Shown here one piece after another: positions 45,491-53,516 of a DNA stretch of 64,000 nt. The notes below the pieces were generated by a model. That model was not told the origin of the DNA. It searched no databases and saw nothing but the letters and a program-made list of their open reading frames with translations. The DNA is from an uncultured Desulfatiglans sp. (GTDB lineage Bacteria > Desulfobacterota > DSM-4660 > Desulfatiglandales > HGW-15). The position numbers were made by a program, and so were the translations under genes. Numbering within the stretch: position 1 is the stretch's first letter; every line of letters begins with the position of its first letter. The stretch is from NCBI GenBank assembly GCA_964460435.1, contig CAYWRH010000003.1, positions 13,547-77,546 of the forward strand. Direction: 5' to 3'.

Positions 45491-47215
45491 ATGCCTTTAG
45501 AAAGGTTTGAATTAAGAGTGCTTAACCCGAGGGGTGAGACCGAAAAAAATCCTGTTATGCCTGCATCTCCCCGCCTTAAGGGTCTGAAGGGAAAAAGGAT
45601 CGGGATAATAAGGATAAGGATTCAGGCAGGCGAAATACTGTTCCCTTATCTGGAAAAGGCATTAAGGGAGCAGGCCCCGGACACCATGTGGGAGATACTG
45701 GATATACCATTATCAGAAAATGGCGATGAAAGGGCAGAGAGGATCAGGGAGACGGTTCAGAAATATGACGGCATTGTTATTTCCATGGCAATATCAGGGG
45801 GCAGCACAACAAGGCTCACACCAGATGCGGTGTTTATTGAGAAGATGGGGATACCTGCTGCCTTTATAGTAACCAGATGTTTTGAGACTACTGCAAGATA
45901 TTTTGCCCGGAGTCAGGGTCTTCTGGATGTAGCCGTAGCCCCCTTTGCCTTTGATTATGTGCCCCCGGCAGATGAAATAGTAAGGCTGAATCTGGCGGAT
46001 GACCTTGCAGCCAAAGTTATCCACTCCCTCACCGAATGGTGCCCAGGGCCACCTGTTATTGAACCTGTGACCGAAAGGGTGCTCACCTACACAGGCATTT
46101 CTTATATGGATGCTTATGAAGGGATGGAAAAATCTTTTCTAAAGCATGGCTGGAGTGACGGCTTACCGATAGTGCCACCCACCAGGGAGGCCGTTAACAG
46201 AATGCTTGAGGGGACAGAGCTTTCTCCTGAACATCTTATTGCTGTGTTTCCTCCTGGACAGGGAAAGGCAACAGTAGAAAAAATTGCTGTTAATGCTGTA
46301 ATGGCAGGCTGTCTGCCCCAGTATATGCCCCTTATCCTTGCTGCTGTTGATGCTATTATTGACCCGGCCTTTGATCTTGTTGGTGTCCAGTCAACATCAG
46401 GGCAGCTTGCGCCCCTGTTGATAGTAAGCGGCCAGAAACTGATTGAAAAACTTAATATAAATGACAGTTACTGCACCCTTGGCCCGGGCTGGCGGGCTAA
46501 CAGCTCAATAGGCAGGGCGCTTAAACTTATAATGATGAACATCGGTCACACCTGGCCCGGTATCAACGATATGAAGGCATTCGGTAATCCGTTCAGGTAT
46601 GTCACCCTCATAGGTGAGAATGAAGCAGCATATTCAGGTGCATGGGAACCCTTAAGGGTTACTGAAGGTTATTCAAAAGATCAGCCCACATTGAGCGTGA
46701 TGCCTGCCATGTCATGGCAGCCTGACCTTGTGCTGCCCACTCCACCGGGCGTTGAAAGGATAATCGAACACATAACACTTCAGGCAAAGGCAAAATATGA
46801 CCGTTATGCAAATAACTGTTACTGCAATAATCTGGTACTGATATCACCCACTGCCTTTGATGCCATCCGCAGGGAAGGGGTGTCACAAAAGGAGCTGAAG
46901 CAGGCATTATATGAAAGGATTCAACTGCCAGGCTCTAAGGTTTTTGATGGCAGAGAGAGGATAGGGCTTATTAAATTCCCCAAATGGGTGGTTGATAAAC
47001 ATAAAGCAGACCCTGAAGCACCTGTGCCCATACTGATGAGCCCTGAGAGCCTTAAGATCTGTGTAACAGGAGGTCCTGGGCCTGATATGATCGCCTATAT
47101 AGGCACATGGGGGTATGGGCCTTCCCACTTTATTACCAAACCAATAAAGATACCTTCAGACTGGGATGAACTGCTGGAAAAATACAGGGGATGGGAAAGC
47201 CCAACTGTGAAGTGA
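45491..47215 (+). CDS. Sec-less, signal-less paralog of the 40071..41780 protein (unknown family)
   Basis: Blocks shared with the candidate selenoprotein: SPRLKGLKGKRIG, HGWSDGLPIVPPTREAV, GKATVEKIAVNAVMAGCLPQYMP. It has S-G-G-S where the other has U-G-S-C. Confidence 0.7.
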   Translation: MPLERFELRVLNPRGETEKNPVMPASPRLKGLKGKRIGIIRIRIQAGEILFPYLEKALREQAPDTMWEILDIPLSENGDERAERIRETVQKYDGIVISMAISGGSTTRLTPDAVFIEKMGIPAAFIVTRCFETTARYFARSQGLLDVAVAPFAFDYVPPADEIVRLNLADDLAAKVIHSLTEWCPGPPVIEPVTERVLTYTGISYMDAYEGMEKSFLKHGWSDGLPIVPPTREAVNRMLEGTELSPEHLIAVFPPGQGKATVEKIAVNAVMAGCLPQYMPLILAAVDAIIDPAFDLVGVQSTSGQLAPLLIVSGQKLIEKLNINDSYCTLGPGWRANSSIGRALKLIMMNIGHTWPGINDMKAFGNPFRYVTLIGENEAAYSGAWEPLRVTEGYSKDQPTLSVMPAMSWQPDLVLPTPPGVERIIEHITLQAKAKYDRYANNCYCNNLVLISPTAFDAIRREGVSQKELKQALYERIQLPGSKVFDGRERIGLIKFPKWVVDKHKADPEAPVPILMSPESLKICVTGGPGPDMIAYIGTWGYGPSHFITKPIKIPSDWDELLEKYRGWESPTVK

Positions 47216-47436
47216 ATTCCCCGCGTCATTCCCCGACTCGCTTGCCGACATAGTCTTGGCGGCGTCCCGATCAGGCTCCCCAAACACCTCATTTCCGACT
47301 CGATCGGGAATCCATCTGTTTTTCGCAGGGGCGTGATTTCGTCCTGCCTTAGCTTTAGCAGCAGCGGATTATTCCCAACCTCTCTTTAATTTTATCTATA
47401 TATTAACTGCTGAAGCGATTTTCTCAAATGTTTAGA

Positions 47437-47464
47437 AACCTATTGCCTCTATGTAGACCTATTG
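47437..47464. repeat. Direct 9-mer ACCTATTGC x2 (19-nt period) left of the TA pair
   Basis: Copies at 47437-47445 and 47456-47464. Confidence 0.4.
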
Positions 47465-47482
47465 CTTTTTTGCTCTTTATTA

Positions 47483-47794
47483 TCAAGGCTGCGCATCTTT
47501 TTGAACAGCCTGGGCTACCAATTTTACACCAAGTGCAGAGCATACACGGCTTATTGTATCAAAACGCGGGTGTGAGTTTGGCCGCAGGGCTTTGTATAGT
47601 GCCTCTCTTGATATCCCTGCAGCATTGGCCACCTCAGTCATACCTCTTGCCCGTGCAGCTACTCCAAGGGCGTGTGCCAGCTCTCCCGGGTCTCCATCTT
47701 CAATAACGATCGTCAAGTATGCGGCTATATCCTCTTCACTTTTCAGGTGCGCCGCCATATCAAAATCCGGCATTTCTGATATTTTTTTTCCCAT
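47483..47794 (-). CDS. Antitoxin, HTH addiction-module antidote protein (HigA-like)
   Basis: 103 aa. HTH segment GMTEVANAAGISREALYKALRPNSHPRFDT. Starts 3 nt after the toxin gene. Confidence 0.8.
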   Translation of the reverse strand: MGKKISEMPDFDMAAHLKSEEDIAAYLTIVIEDGDPGELAHALGVAARARGMTEVANAAGISREALYKALRPNSHPRFDTISRVCSALGVKLVAQAVQKDAQP

Positions 47795-47797
47795 ACT

Positions 47798-48094
47798 TTA
47801 ATCCTCCAATTCGGCAGCCATTTTTATAGCCTTTGCAATATCTGCTGCCTGTGTTTTCTTTCCACCACCAGCCAACATCACAATCATAGTTTCTCCCCTC
47901 TGGGCGTAATACATCCGCCAGCCCTGACCGAAATGCTCCCTCATTTCAAAAACACCAGCAGCAACAGCCTTGATATCTCCAAGATTCCCATTCTGTGCCC
48001 TGTCAATTCGGCGAGCCAACCGAATCCTAGTCATTCGGTCCTTTATCCCGTCGAGACATTTATCAAAATCAGGTGTTGTTTTGATCGTAATCAT
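47798..48094 (-). CDS. Toxin, addiction-module killer protein (RelE/HigB-like)
   Basis: 98 aa. Pattern FDKCLDGIKD...RIRLARRIDRAQNGNLGDIKAVAAGVFEMREHFGQGWRMYY is typical of this killer family. The toxin-first gene order is HigBA-like. Confidence 0.8.
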   Translation of the reverse strand: MITIKTTPDFDKCLDGIKDRMTRIRLARRIDRAQNGNLGDIKAVAAGVFEMREHFGQGWRMYYAQRGETMIVMLAGGGKKTQAADIAKAIKMAAELED

Positions 48095-48100
48095 GGAATG

Positions 48101-48129
48101 ATTGTAATCGATCGATTACGATTTATCAA
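48101..48129 (-). promoter_or_regulatory. Sigma70-type promoter of the TA operon, with an embedded 16-bp palindrome GTAATCGATCGATTAC (48104-48119)
   Basis: On the minus strand: TTGATA (48129-48124), 17 nt spacer, TACAAT (48106-48101). Only 6 nt separate the -10 box from the toxin ATG (48094), and there is no SD sequence. Confidence 0.45.
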
Positions 48130-48197
48130 CATGTTTTTGTCGCAATCTTTTTTTGTTTTGATCCCAGGATTCCACAGTTATTCGGATGGCGATTCCA

Positions 48198-48223
48198 TAA
48201 GGCAATGGAGTCTAAGGCAATGG
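48198..48223. repeat. Direct 11-mer TAAGGCAATGG x2 (15-nt period) right of the TA pair
   Basis: Copies at 48198-48208 and 48213-48223. The core AGGCAAT is the reverse complement of ATTGCCT in the left-flank repeat. Confidence 0.4.
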
Positions 48224-48610
48224 TGCCTACACTTTTCACAATAAAAAAATTAATCGTTTTGTTCTTTGAAAATTGAATATTAAAACTGGTGTGAGAAAAA
48301 TCCAATGATCCCAGCGGGAGTTACAATCAGGGTTATCAATATGCCCTTGCAGGGAACATGGCCAACAAAAGAGGTATTGTCGGGTGGGGTGTGCTGACAT
48401 TGGAATCTGCTGTTAACAGACCAAGGGTAAGACCAAAAAGTGTTAGGTTTGATGCTGAAGTAGCAGGCATAGCCAATAGAAGCATAATAAATAACTAGGA
48501 TCAGAAGCCAGTACAGATAACCTATCAGGGAGTAACTGTTTTATCTGCTGAATATATTCACAAATCCCTTTAACCTTCATCTACTAAAATATACTATAAA
48601 CTCTGTAATT

Positions 48611-49291
48611 TTATTTTGGCTTTGTTTTGCCTATGCGTTTGTAATACTCTTCAGGGATATCATTCGCATCTTTATATATGGCAAAATGGCATTCTCCAAA
48701 CTCCATTGGCTCGGATACTATGTGGGCAGCGCCCATTTTGCCTGTGGCCTCTATTGTAAGCATCTCCATAATCGGGCAGTGGCAGCAGTATATTGGAAAA
48801 TCCTTCATGCCCCATGTGGCAGGGTGGCGCTCCTTTATCTTTGCCAGGCCAAATTCAGGTTCATACAACCCCATCTTAATTAGTCTCTCTCCTGATCCGC
48901 ATGGCTTCATGGTAAGGGTGATCTTCTCATCGTCTTCTTTAATAACAACCGGCTGCATGTGGCCCCTTAAGCCGCTTGCCATCTCTTCCACCCTTGATCT
49001 CAAATCCGTTTTACCTGAAGGTTTAAATACAGACCTTCCTTCAATGCCATGCGCCTCTCTTTCAGCCTTCTCAACTGCATCTACTCCATAGTTCCTGTAG
49101 ATATAGGAAAGGAGCCCGCTCACCCACACCATATAACCATCATGCAGGTGCCCAATCTCGCTTTGCAGCCGCTCTGCAAGCCTCTTTGCCTTTTCCTTTT
49201 CACCAGCATCCACTGCCCTTTTAATAAGGTCAAGCGTGGGAGTCCCCATCTCCTTTAGCTCTTCATCAGTAAATATTCTTTTATCACTCAT
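48611..49291 (-). CDS. Hypothetical Cys-containing protein
   Basis: Coding-like composition. ATG at 49291 follows GAGAGGG; the track start is 49315. Cys motifs: KPCGSG, IYCCHCP, GECH. No family recognised. Confidence 0.55.
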   Translation of the reverse strand: MSDKRIFTDEELKEMGTPTLDLIKRAVDAGEKEKAKRLAERLQSEIGHLHDGYMVWVSGLLSYIYRNYGVDAVEKAEREAHGIEGRSVFKPSGKTDLRSRVEEMASGLRGHMQPVVIKEDDEKITLTMKPCGSGERLIKMGLYEPEFGLAKIKERHPATWGMKDFPIYCCHCPIMEMLTIEATGKMGAAHIVSEPMEFGECHFAIYKDANDIPEEYYKRIGKTKPK

Positions 49292-49469
49292 GCGGATACC
49301 CTCTCTTTCTTTCATAAAATGAATGGATGATACTATGGCTTTGAGTATAATTGATCATCTATTATTATACATCCATCCAATTGTCAAAAATGAAAACAAA
49401 ATTGATCAGGCATGCAAAACATGTTAATTATATATTATCCAATCAACAACAAGTCATAAAAGGGTTCAT

Positions 49470-50360
49470 ATGGCCATTAAATTCAAGGTGTTTCTCCACA
49501 GCTATCTTGGTTTTAACAGCAACTCCACCCTTTTTTACGGGGAAAAGGATGCCATACTTATAGATGCCTCACAGATAATGAGTGACAGTTACAGGATTGC
49601 TGCTGAAATTCTGCCCATGAGAAAAAAACTGACACATATCTATGTCTCCCATTTTCATCCGGATCATCATTTCGGGCTCTCTGTTCTTAAATTTGCCTTT
49701 CCTGATGCCAAGATTGTTGCCCTTCCGAGTGTGATACAGGATATCAAGGCTACCTCAAAAGACAAGATTGATATGTGGGCTATTGACTGCTTCGGCCCTG
49801 GTGAAATACCAAAGTCTGCAACAATACCGGCCCCGCTTACCGAACCAAGGCTTGAGCTTGAAGAAGAGGAGATCATCTTTTCAGACGGCTGGGAAGGTGA
49901 CAGTATTAATAATTCCATTGCATGGGTGCCATCCATACGCGTGCTGTGTGCCACTGATATAGCCTTTCATGGCTGCCACCTCTGGCCAATAGAAAGCAAT
50001 TTGGCCCGCAGGGTTACCTGGCGAAAGGATATCGGAAGGCTTAAGGAGTTTGATGCAAGGATTATCATACCAGGCCATTGCGACGAAGAAAAGATCAGGA
50101 TCATGGATGCTGTTCAGAAGGATGAACACAGTAAATACACGGACTGTGCTGACTGGTCAATAAATTATCTTGATAATTATGAAGAGATATACAGCACTGC
50201 AAAATCAGCGGAAGAGCTGGTTAAGAGGATATATAAAAAATACCCTGATGTAAAGGCTGAGGATTTTGCCATCCAGTGGCAGGCAAGATTGCTTTACCCC
50301 AAAAGCAGCCCTGACTGGCTTTTACCTCTACCGGGTGAACCGGGTAAAAATTTTTCTTAA
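49470..50360 (+). CDS. MBL-fold metallo-hydrolase
   Basis: Metal motif SHFHPDHHFG, with downstream His/Asp positions (CATD, PGH). Confidence 0.75.
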   Translation: MAIKFKVFLHSYLGFNSNSTLFYGEKDAILIDASQIMSDSYRIAAEILPMRKKLTHIYVSHFHPDHHFGLSVLKFAFPDAKIVALPSVIQDIKATSKDKIDMWAIDCFGPGEIPKSATIPAPLTEPRLELEEEEIIFSDGWEGDSINNSIAWVPSIRVLCATDIAFHGCHLWPIESNLARRVTWRKDIGRLKEFDARIIIPGHCDEEKIRIMDAVQKDEHSKYTDCADWSINYLDNYEEIYSTAKSAEELVKRIYKKYPDVKAEDFAIQWQARLLYPKSSPDWLLPLPGEPGKNFS

Positions 50361-50417
50361 TCCATCAGGTGGGTATGATGGTGACCCGCCTAAGGAATAG
50401 AACTAAGAATAAATTTT

Positions 50418-50493
50418 CACCACGGAGGACACAGAGGTCACAGAGATTTAATCTTTTAAGCTTTTGCTCCGTGTTTTCCGTGCTCTCCGTGGT
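50418..50493. repeat. Imperfect inverted repeat built from CACGGAG/CACAGAG heptamers
   Basis: Left arm CACCACGGAGGACACAGAGGTCACAGAG. Right arm CTCCGTGTTTTCCGTGCTCTCCGTGG. 19 of 28 positions are complementary. Confidence 0.5.
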
Positions 50494-50635
50494 TATAATA
50501 TTATATTTCCTATATCATCTAAAGCATGCAATAGAGTCCTAAACCAAAATCTCCTGCGCCCTTATCAGTCTGTTTTGCACATTAACCCCATTGGGGCATT
50601 TAACAGCACAGGAAGAGCAATAACCGCAATATAGC

Positions 50636-52126
50636 CTATGCCTCCGGCGCTGTCAGATCAGGCGGGGCAATAACATTTATATTCATCCTCACCATTGCAT
50701 CTGATATCTCCTTGCCAAAACTCCCGGCAATCATATTATGATGGATACCGACAATATTTTGCATGAAACCTTTGACATCCTTTATTTTAATCTCAGCCAT
50801 ATTTGTGCAGAATTTCCGCATCTTGCTGTATTCAGGCGGGGCATTCTTGAATGAAGGTGTTGCCCTGTCATCAACCATCTCTTTTGTTCTTCCCGGCCAT
50901 ATGACGAAATCCTTAAGATCCTTGCTGAATCCGCCAATGGTAACATCAAGACCTATGGGATATGCTATTTCACAGGTGCCGCCCTTGCCCAGACCATGAT
51001 AATCCCTTAAGGTGTATGGCTGCTGTGGTGCATCTGCGCCGAATATCCTTGTAGGTGCAACACAGTGGCGGAGTATTGTGCTTGAGTTCTTGATATCTAC
51101 TGATGATACATTGCTCTGGAAAGAGGGTCTTTTGCTGACCTCCTGTAACAGCATTGATGAGAGCATCATGCATATATCTGCTTCACAGGCAGCAGTTATG
51201 CCTTGGTCCCTGAGTCTCGTAAATGCGAGACATGGAAGGGGGATGGTTGCGTCTGCGCCAAAAGAAAAAGCCAGGCAGTCCACAGAAACGGCTGACAGGT
51301 TTTCTTTTTCAATGAGGGCTTTAAGCAGTATGTATATTTTAGAACTGTGAAGCAGCATTTCATCAGTAACATCTATAATCTTCACTGCGCCCTTCTTCCA
51401 TATTTCCATCTCTTTTCTAGCAGCAGATTCATCTACCTCTTTTATGAGTGTCTTGAGATCATCTATTGGCCTGTGCTCTACCTTCACACCCGTCTGGCTG
51501 TAGATATACTCCTCATTAAGGTTTGGAGACGGGATGCTTGTTGATCCAAATGGTTTGCTGAATACCAGCGCCTTCTTGTTTTCAAGCGGTCTTGGGGCAG
51601 CTACTATTTTTATAAGTTCAAGGGCATGTTCGGCTGAATTTGCAACAAGGGCATTTGTTCCCTTAATGCGGAATGATGCAACAAGGTCTGTCTCCCACAT
51701 TATCAGTTCCGGGTTTCCGGCAAGAATAATAACAGGGATATCCAGATGGCCTATCTGCTCTGCTATATTTCTGGATGACATGCCTATACCGGGCAGCGTG
51801 AAAAGGCAAATGTCCGCATCCTTTTCTTTAATGGATTTCAGGATGTCACCGGGGTTTTTAAAATCGGTTTTAAGCTGGCTCAGATTTATTTCATATTCAC
51901 TGATTGACTTAATTGATCCGAGAACCTTTTCAAATCTCTCCGGGGCATCACTTACAAAAATGAGATTTCTTTTTTTGCCCGCAGGGCTGGGTTTTACCCC
52001 GCCAATGTTTATTACTTTTTCACCTGCTAAAATCGAAACAGGAAAGGCTGCTGCCACCCCGGCCACTGCTGTAGTCTTAAAAAAACCGCGCCTTGTTACA
52101 TGAGTCCATTTCTGGCGATCTTCCAT
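50636..52126 (-). CDS. Tat-signal protein with sugar (fucose/arabinose) isomerase-like fold
   Basis: ATG at 52126 follows AAGGAGG; the track start at 52267 is rejected. Tat motif THVTRRGFFKTTAVAGVAAAFPVSILA. Later blocks (SAVSVDCLAF, GITAACEADICMMLSSMLLQ) recall the FucI/AraA-like family. The fold call is tentative. Confidence 0.55.
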   Translation of the reverse strand: MEDRQKWTHVTRRGFFKTTAVAGVAAAFPVSILAGEKVINIGGVKPSPAGKKRNLIFVSDAPERFEKVLGSIKSISEYEINLSQLKTDFKNPGDILKSIKEKDADICLFTLPGIGMSSRNIAEQIGHLDIPVIILAGNPELIMWETDLVASFRIKGTNALVANSAEHALELIKIVAAPRPLENKKALVFSKPFGSTSIPSPNLNEEYIYSQTGVKVEHRPIDDLKTLIKEVDESAARKEMEIWKKGAVKIIDVTDEMLLHSSKIYILLKALIEKENLSAVSVDCLAFSFGADATIPLPCLAFTRLRDQGITAACEADICMMLSSMLLQEVSKRPSFQSNVSSVDIKNSSTILRHCVAPTRIFGADAPQQPYTLRDYHGLGKGGTCEIAYPIGLDVTIGGFSKDLKDFVIWPGRTKEMVDDRATPSFKNAPPEYSKMRKFCTNMAEIKIKDVKGFMQNIVGIHHNMIAGSFGKEISDAMVRMNINVIAPPDLTAPEA

Positions 52127-52257
52127 CTTAAGCTCCTCCTTAGTGTATGTATCTGGGTTATCAAATTGGTCTTGCATTCTAATCGTATGGCGTGATTGAG
52201 TCAAACTATTCCCTTTAAAAAAATCAATATCAATTTTAAAAAAATTTTTTCCTCCCC

Positions 52258-52286
52258 TTGACTGCAAAATTATCCATGCTTATATT
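52258..52286 (+). promoter_or_regulatory. Possible sigma70-type promoter upstream of the hsp20 pair
   Basis: TTGACT (52258-52263), 17 nt spacer, TATATT (52281-52286). Preceded by an A/T-rich tract. Implies a 5' UTR of about 130 nt. Confidence 0.35.
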
Positions 52287-52422
52287 TTTGCCTGTAAAAA
52301 GATGTATCATATTGATAATACACATTATATTTGATTTCTTATTGCATTTTCCAAAGGTTTGGGAAAGGCAATATTAATCAAAATGAAATAAAAAAATAAA
52401 TAAATGAAAGGAGGATTTAGCC

Positions 52423-52878
52423 ATGTTATTTTTAAGAAGAGACCCATACTTAAGGGCATTAAACAACTGGAGCCCATTTGATGAACTTAACAGGATTAGA
52501 AGGGAGATGGATCTTCTGACAGACGGATTTACAAGAGGTATTGTCCGTGGGGCAGGTGTGTTTCCGCTTATTAACCTGACAGAAGACAAGGATGCCTATT
52601 ATATCCGGGCTGAACTTCCGGGAATGAAGGCTGATGAAATTGAGCTTTCCGTAACAGGAGACAGTGTAACCATATCCGGTGAAAGAAAGATTGTGAACGA
52701 AGATAAAAATGCAAAATATCACAGGCGTGAGAGAGAATCGGGCAAGTTCAGCAGGATACTGAGTCTGCCAGGCAAGGTTGAGGTTGATAAGGCTGAGGCA
52801 TCAAATGTGAATGGTGTTCTTACAATAAAGCTGCCAAAATCAGAGGCATCAAAACCAAGGCAGATAACCATAAAATAA
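52423..52878 (+). CDS. Hsp20 / alpha-crystallin small heat-shock protein
   Basis: Alpha-crystallin pattern YYIRAELPGMKADEIELSV...RRERESGKFSRILSLP...NGVLTIKLPK. RBS AAAGGAGG. Confidence 0.9.
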   Translation: MLFLRRDPYLRALNNWSPFDELNRIRREMDLLTDGFTRGIVRGAGVFPLINLTEDKDAYYIRAELPGMKADEIELSVTGDSVTISGERKIVNEDKNAKYHRRERESGKFSRILSLPGKVEVDKAEASNVNGVLTIKLPKSEASKPRQITIK

Positions 52879-52902
52879 ATAGATAGAAAGGAGGAACAAA
52901 TC

Positions 52903-53313
52903 ATGACCGGATCAGAAGCAAAGGCCTTGCAGGCCAAGGAAAAGGCTGAGGTATCAACCATGACTGAACAGACAAAGCCAGGGCTTGTCTTTACTCCTGA
53001 TGTAGATATTTTTGAGACAGAAAAGGGTTTGACACTGCTGGCTGATATGCCCGGTGTAAAAGCAGAGGATCTTAATATTGATCTGAAAGAGAATATCCTG
53101 ACACTCGATGGTGATGTTAAAAAACCGGAGGGCCAGAATGAGGTTGAACTCTTTACAGAATACAGGACAGGCAAGTATTACAGGCAGTTTAATCTCTCGG
53201 AGATAATTGATCAGTCAAAGATTGAGGCAAAGATGACAGACGGTGTTTTGAGGCTTACCCTGCCAAAGGTTGAAGCTGCAAAACCCCGCAAGATTGCCAT
53301 AAAGTCAGCATAA
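52903..53313 (+). CDS. Hsp20 / alpha-crystallin small heat-shock protein (second copy)
   Basis: LTLLADMPGVKAEDLNIDL...YYRQFNLS...DGVLRLTLPK. RBS AAAGGAGG. Confidence 0.9.
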   Translation: MTGSEAKALQAKEKAEVSTMTEQTKPGLVFTPDVDIFETEKGLTLLADMPGVKAEDLNIDLKENILTLDGDVKKPEGQNEVELFTEYRTGKYYRQFNLSEIIDQSKIEAKMTDGVLRLTLPKVEAAKPRKIAIKSA

Positions 53314-53326
53314 GAGATAAAAGGGA

Positions 53327-53362
53327 GATGGGGTTGCATGATTGTGGCCCCGTCTTTTTTTA
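53327..53362 (+). terminator. Rho-independent terminator after the hsp20 pair
   Basis: Stem GATGGGG (53327-53333) pairs with CCCCGTC (53348-53354), followed by T8. Confidence 0.6.
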
Positions 53363-53516
53363 TTTCATTCAGAATATAAACTGAATCCTGCGCCGTATAT
53401 GCATTATGTTGAGGGGTTTAAGACCCTTCTACAGCTATATAAGCCGGGGCAAGATTGAGAAAAATATAGATATCCCTTGTGTACAGGCTCTTCATAGTTT
53501 TTGCATGGAGGAAATT

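Noticed and set aside
48336-48485. A 49-aa hydrophobic ORF on the minus strand (MLLLAMPATSASNLTLFGL...) in the 520-bp non-coding stretch right of the TA pair.
   Set aside because: It has no RBS and no recognisable family, and its composition is consistent with chance. The region may be degraded sequence, so I make no call.
52127-52267. The track start at 52267 for the Tat-signal protein.
   Set aside because: The ATG at 52126 follows AAGGAGG and places the RR motif at the normal distance from the N-terminus. The 47-aa extension would bury the signal.
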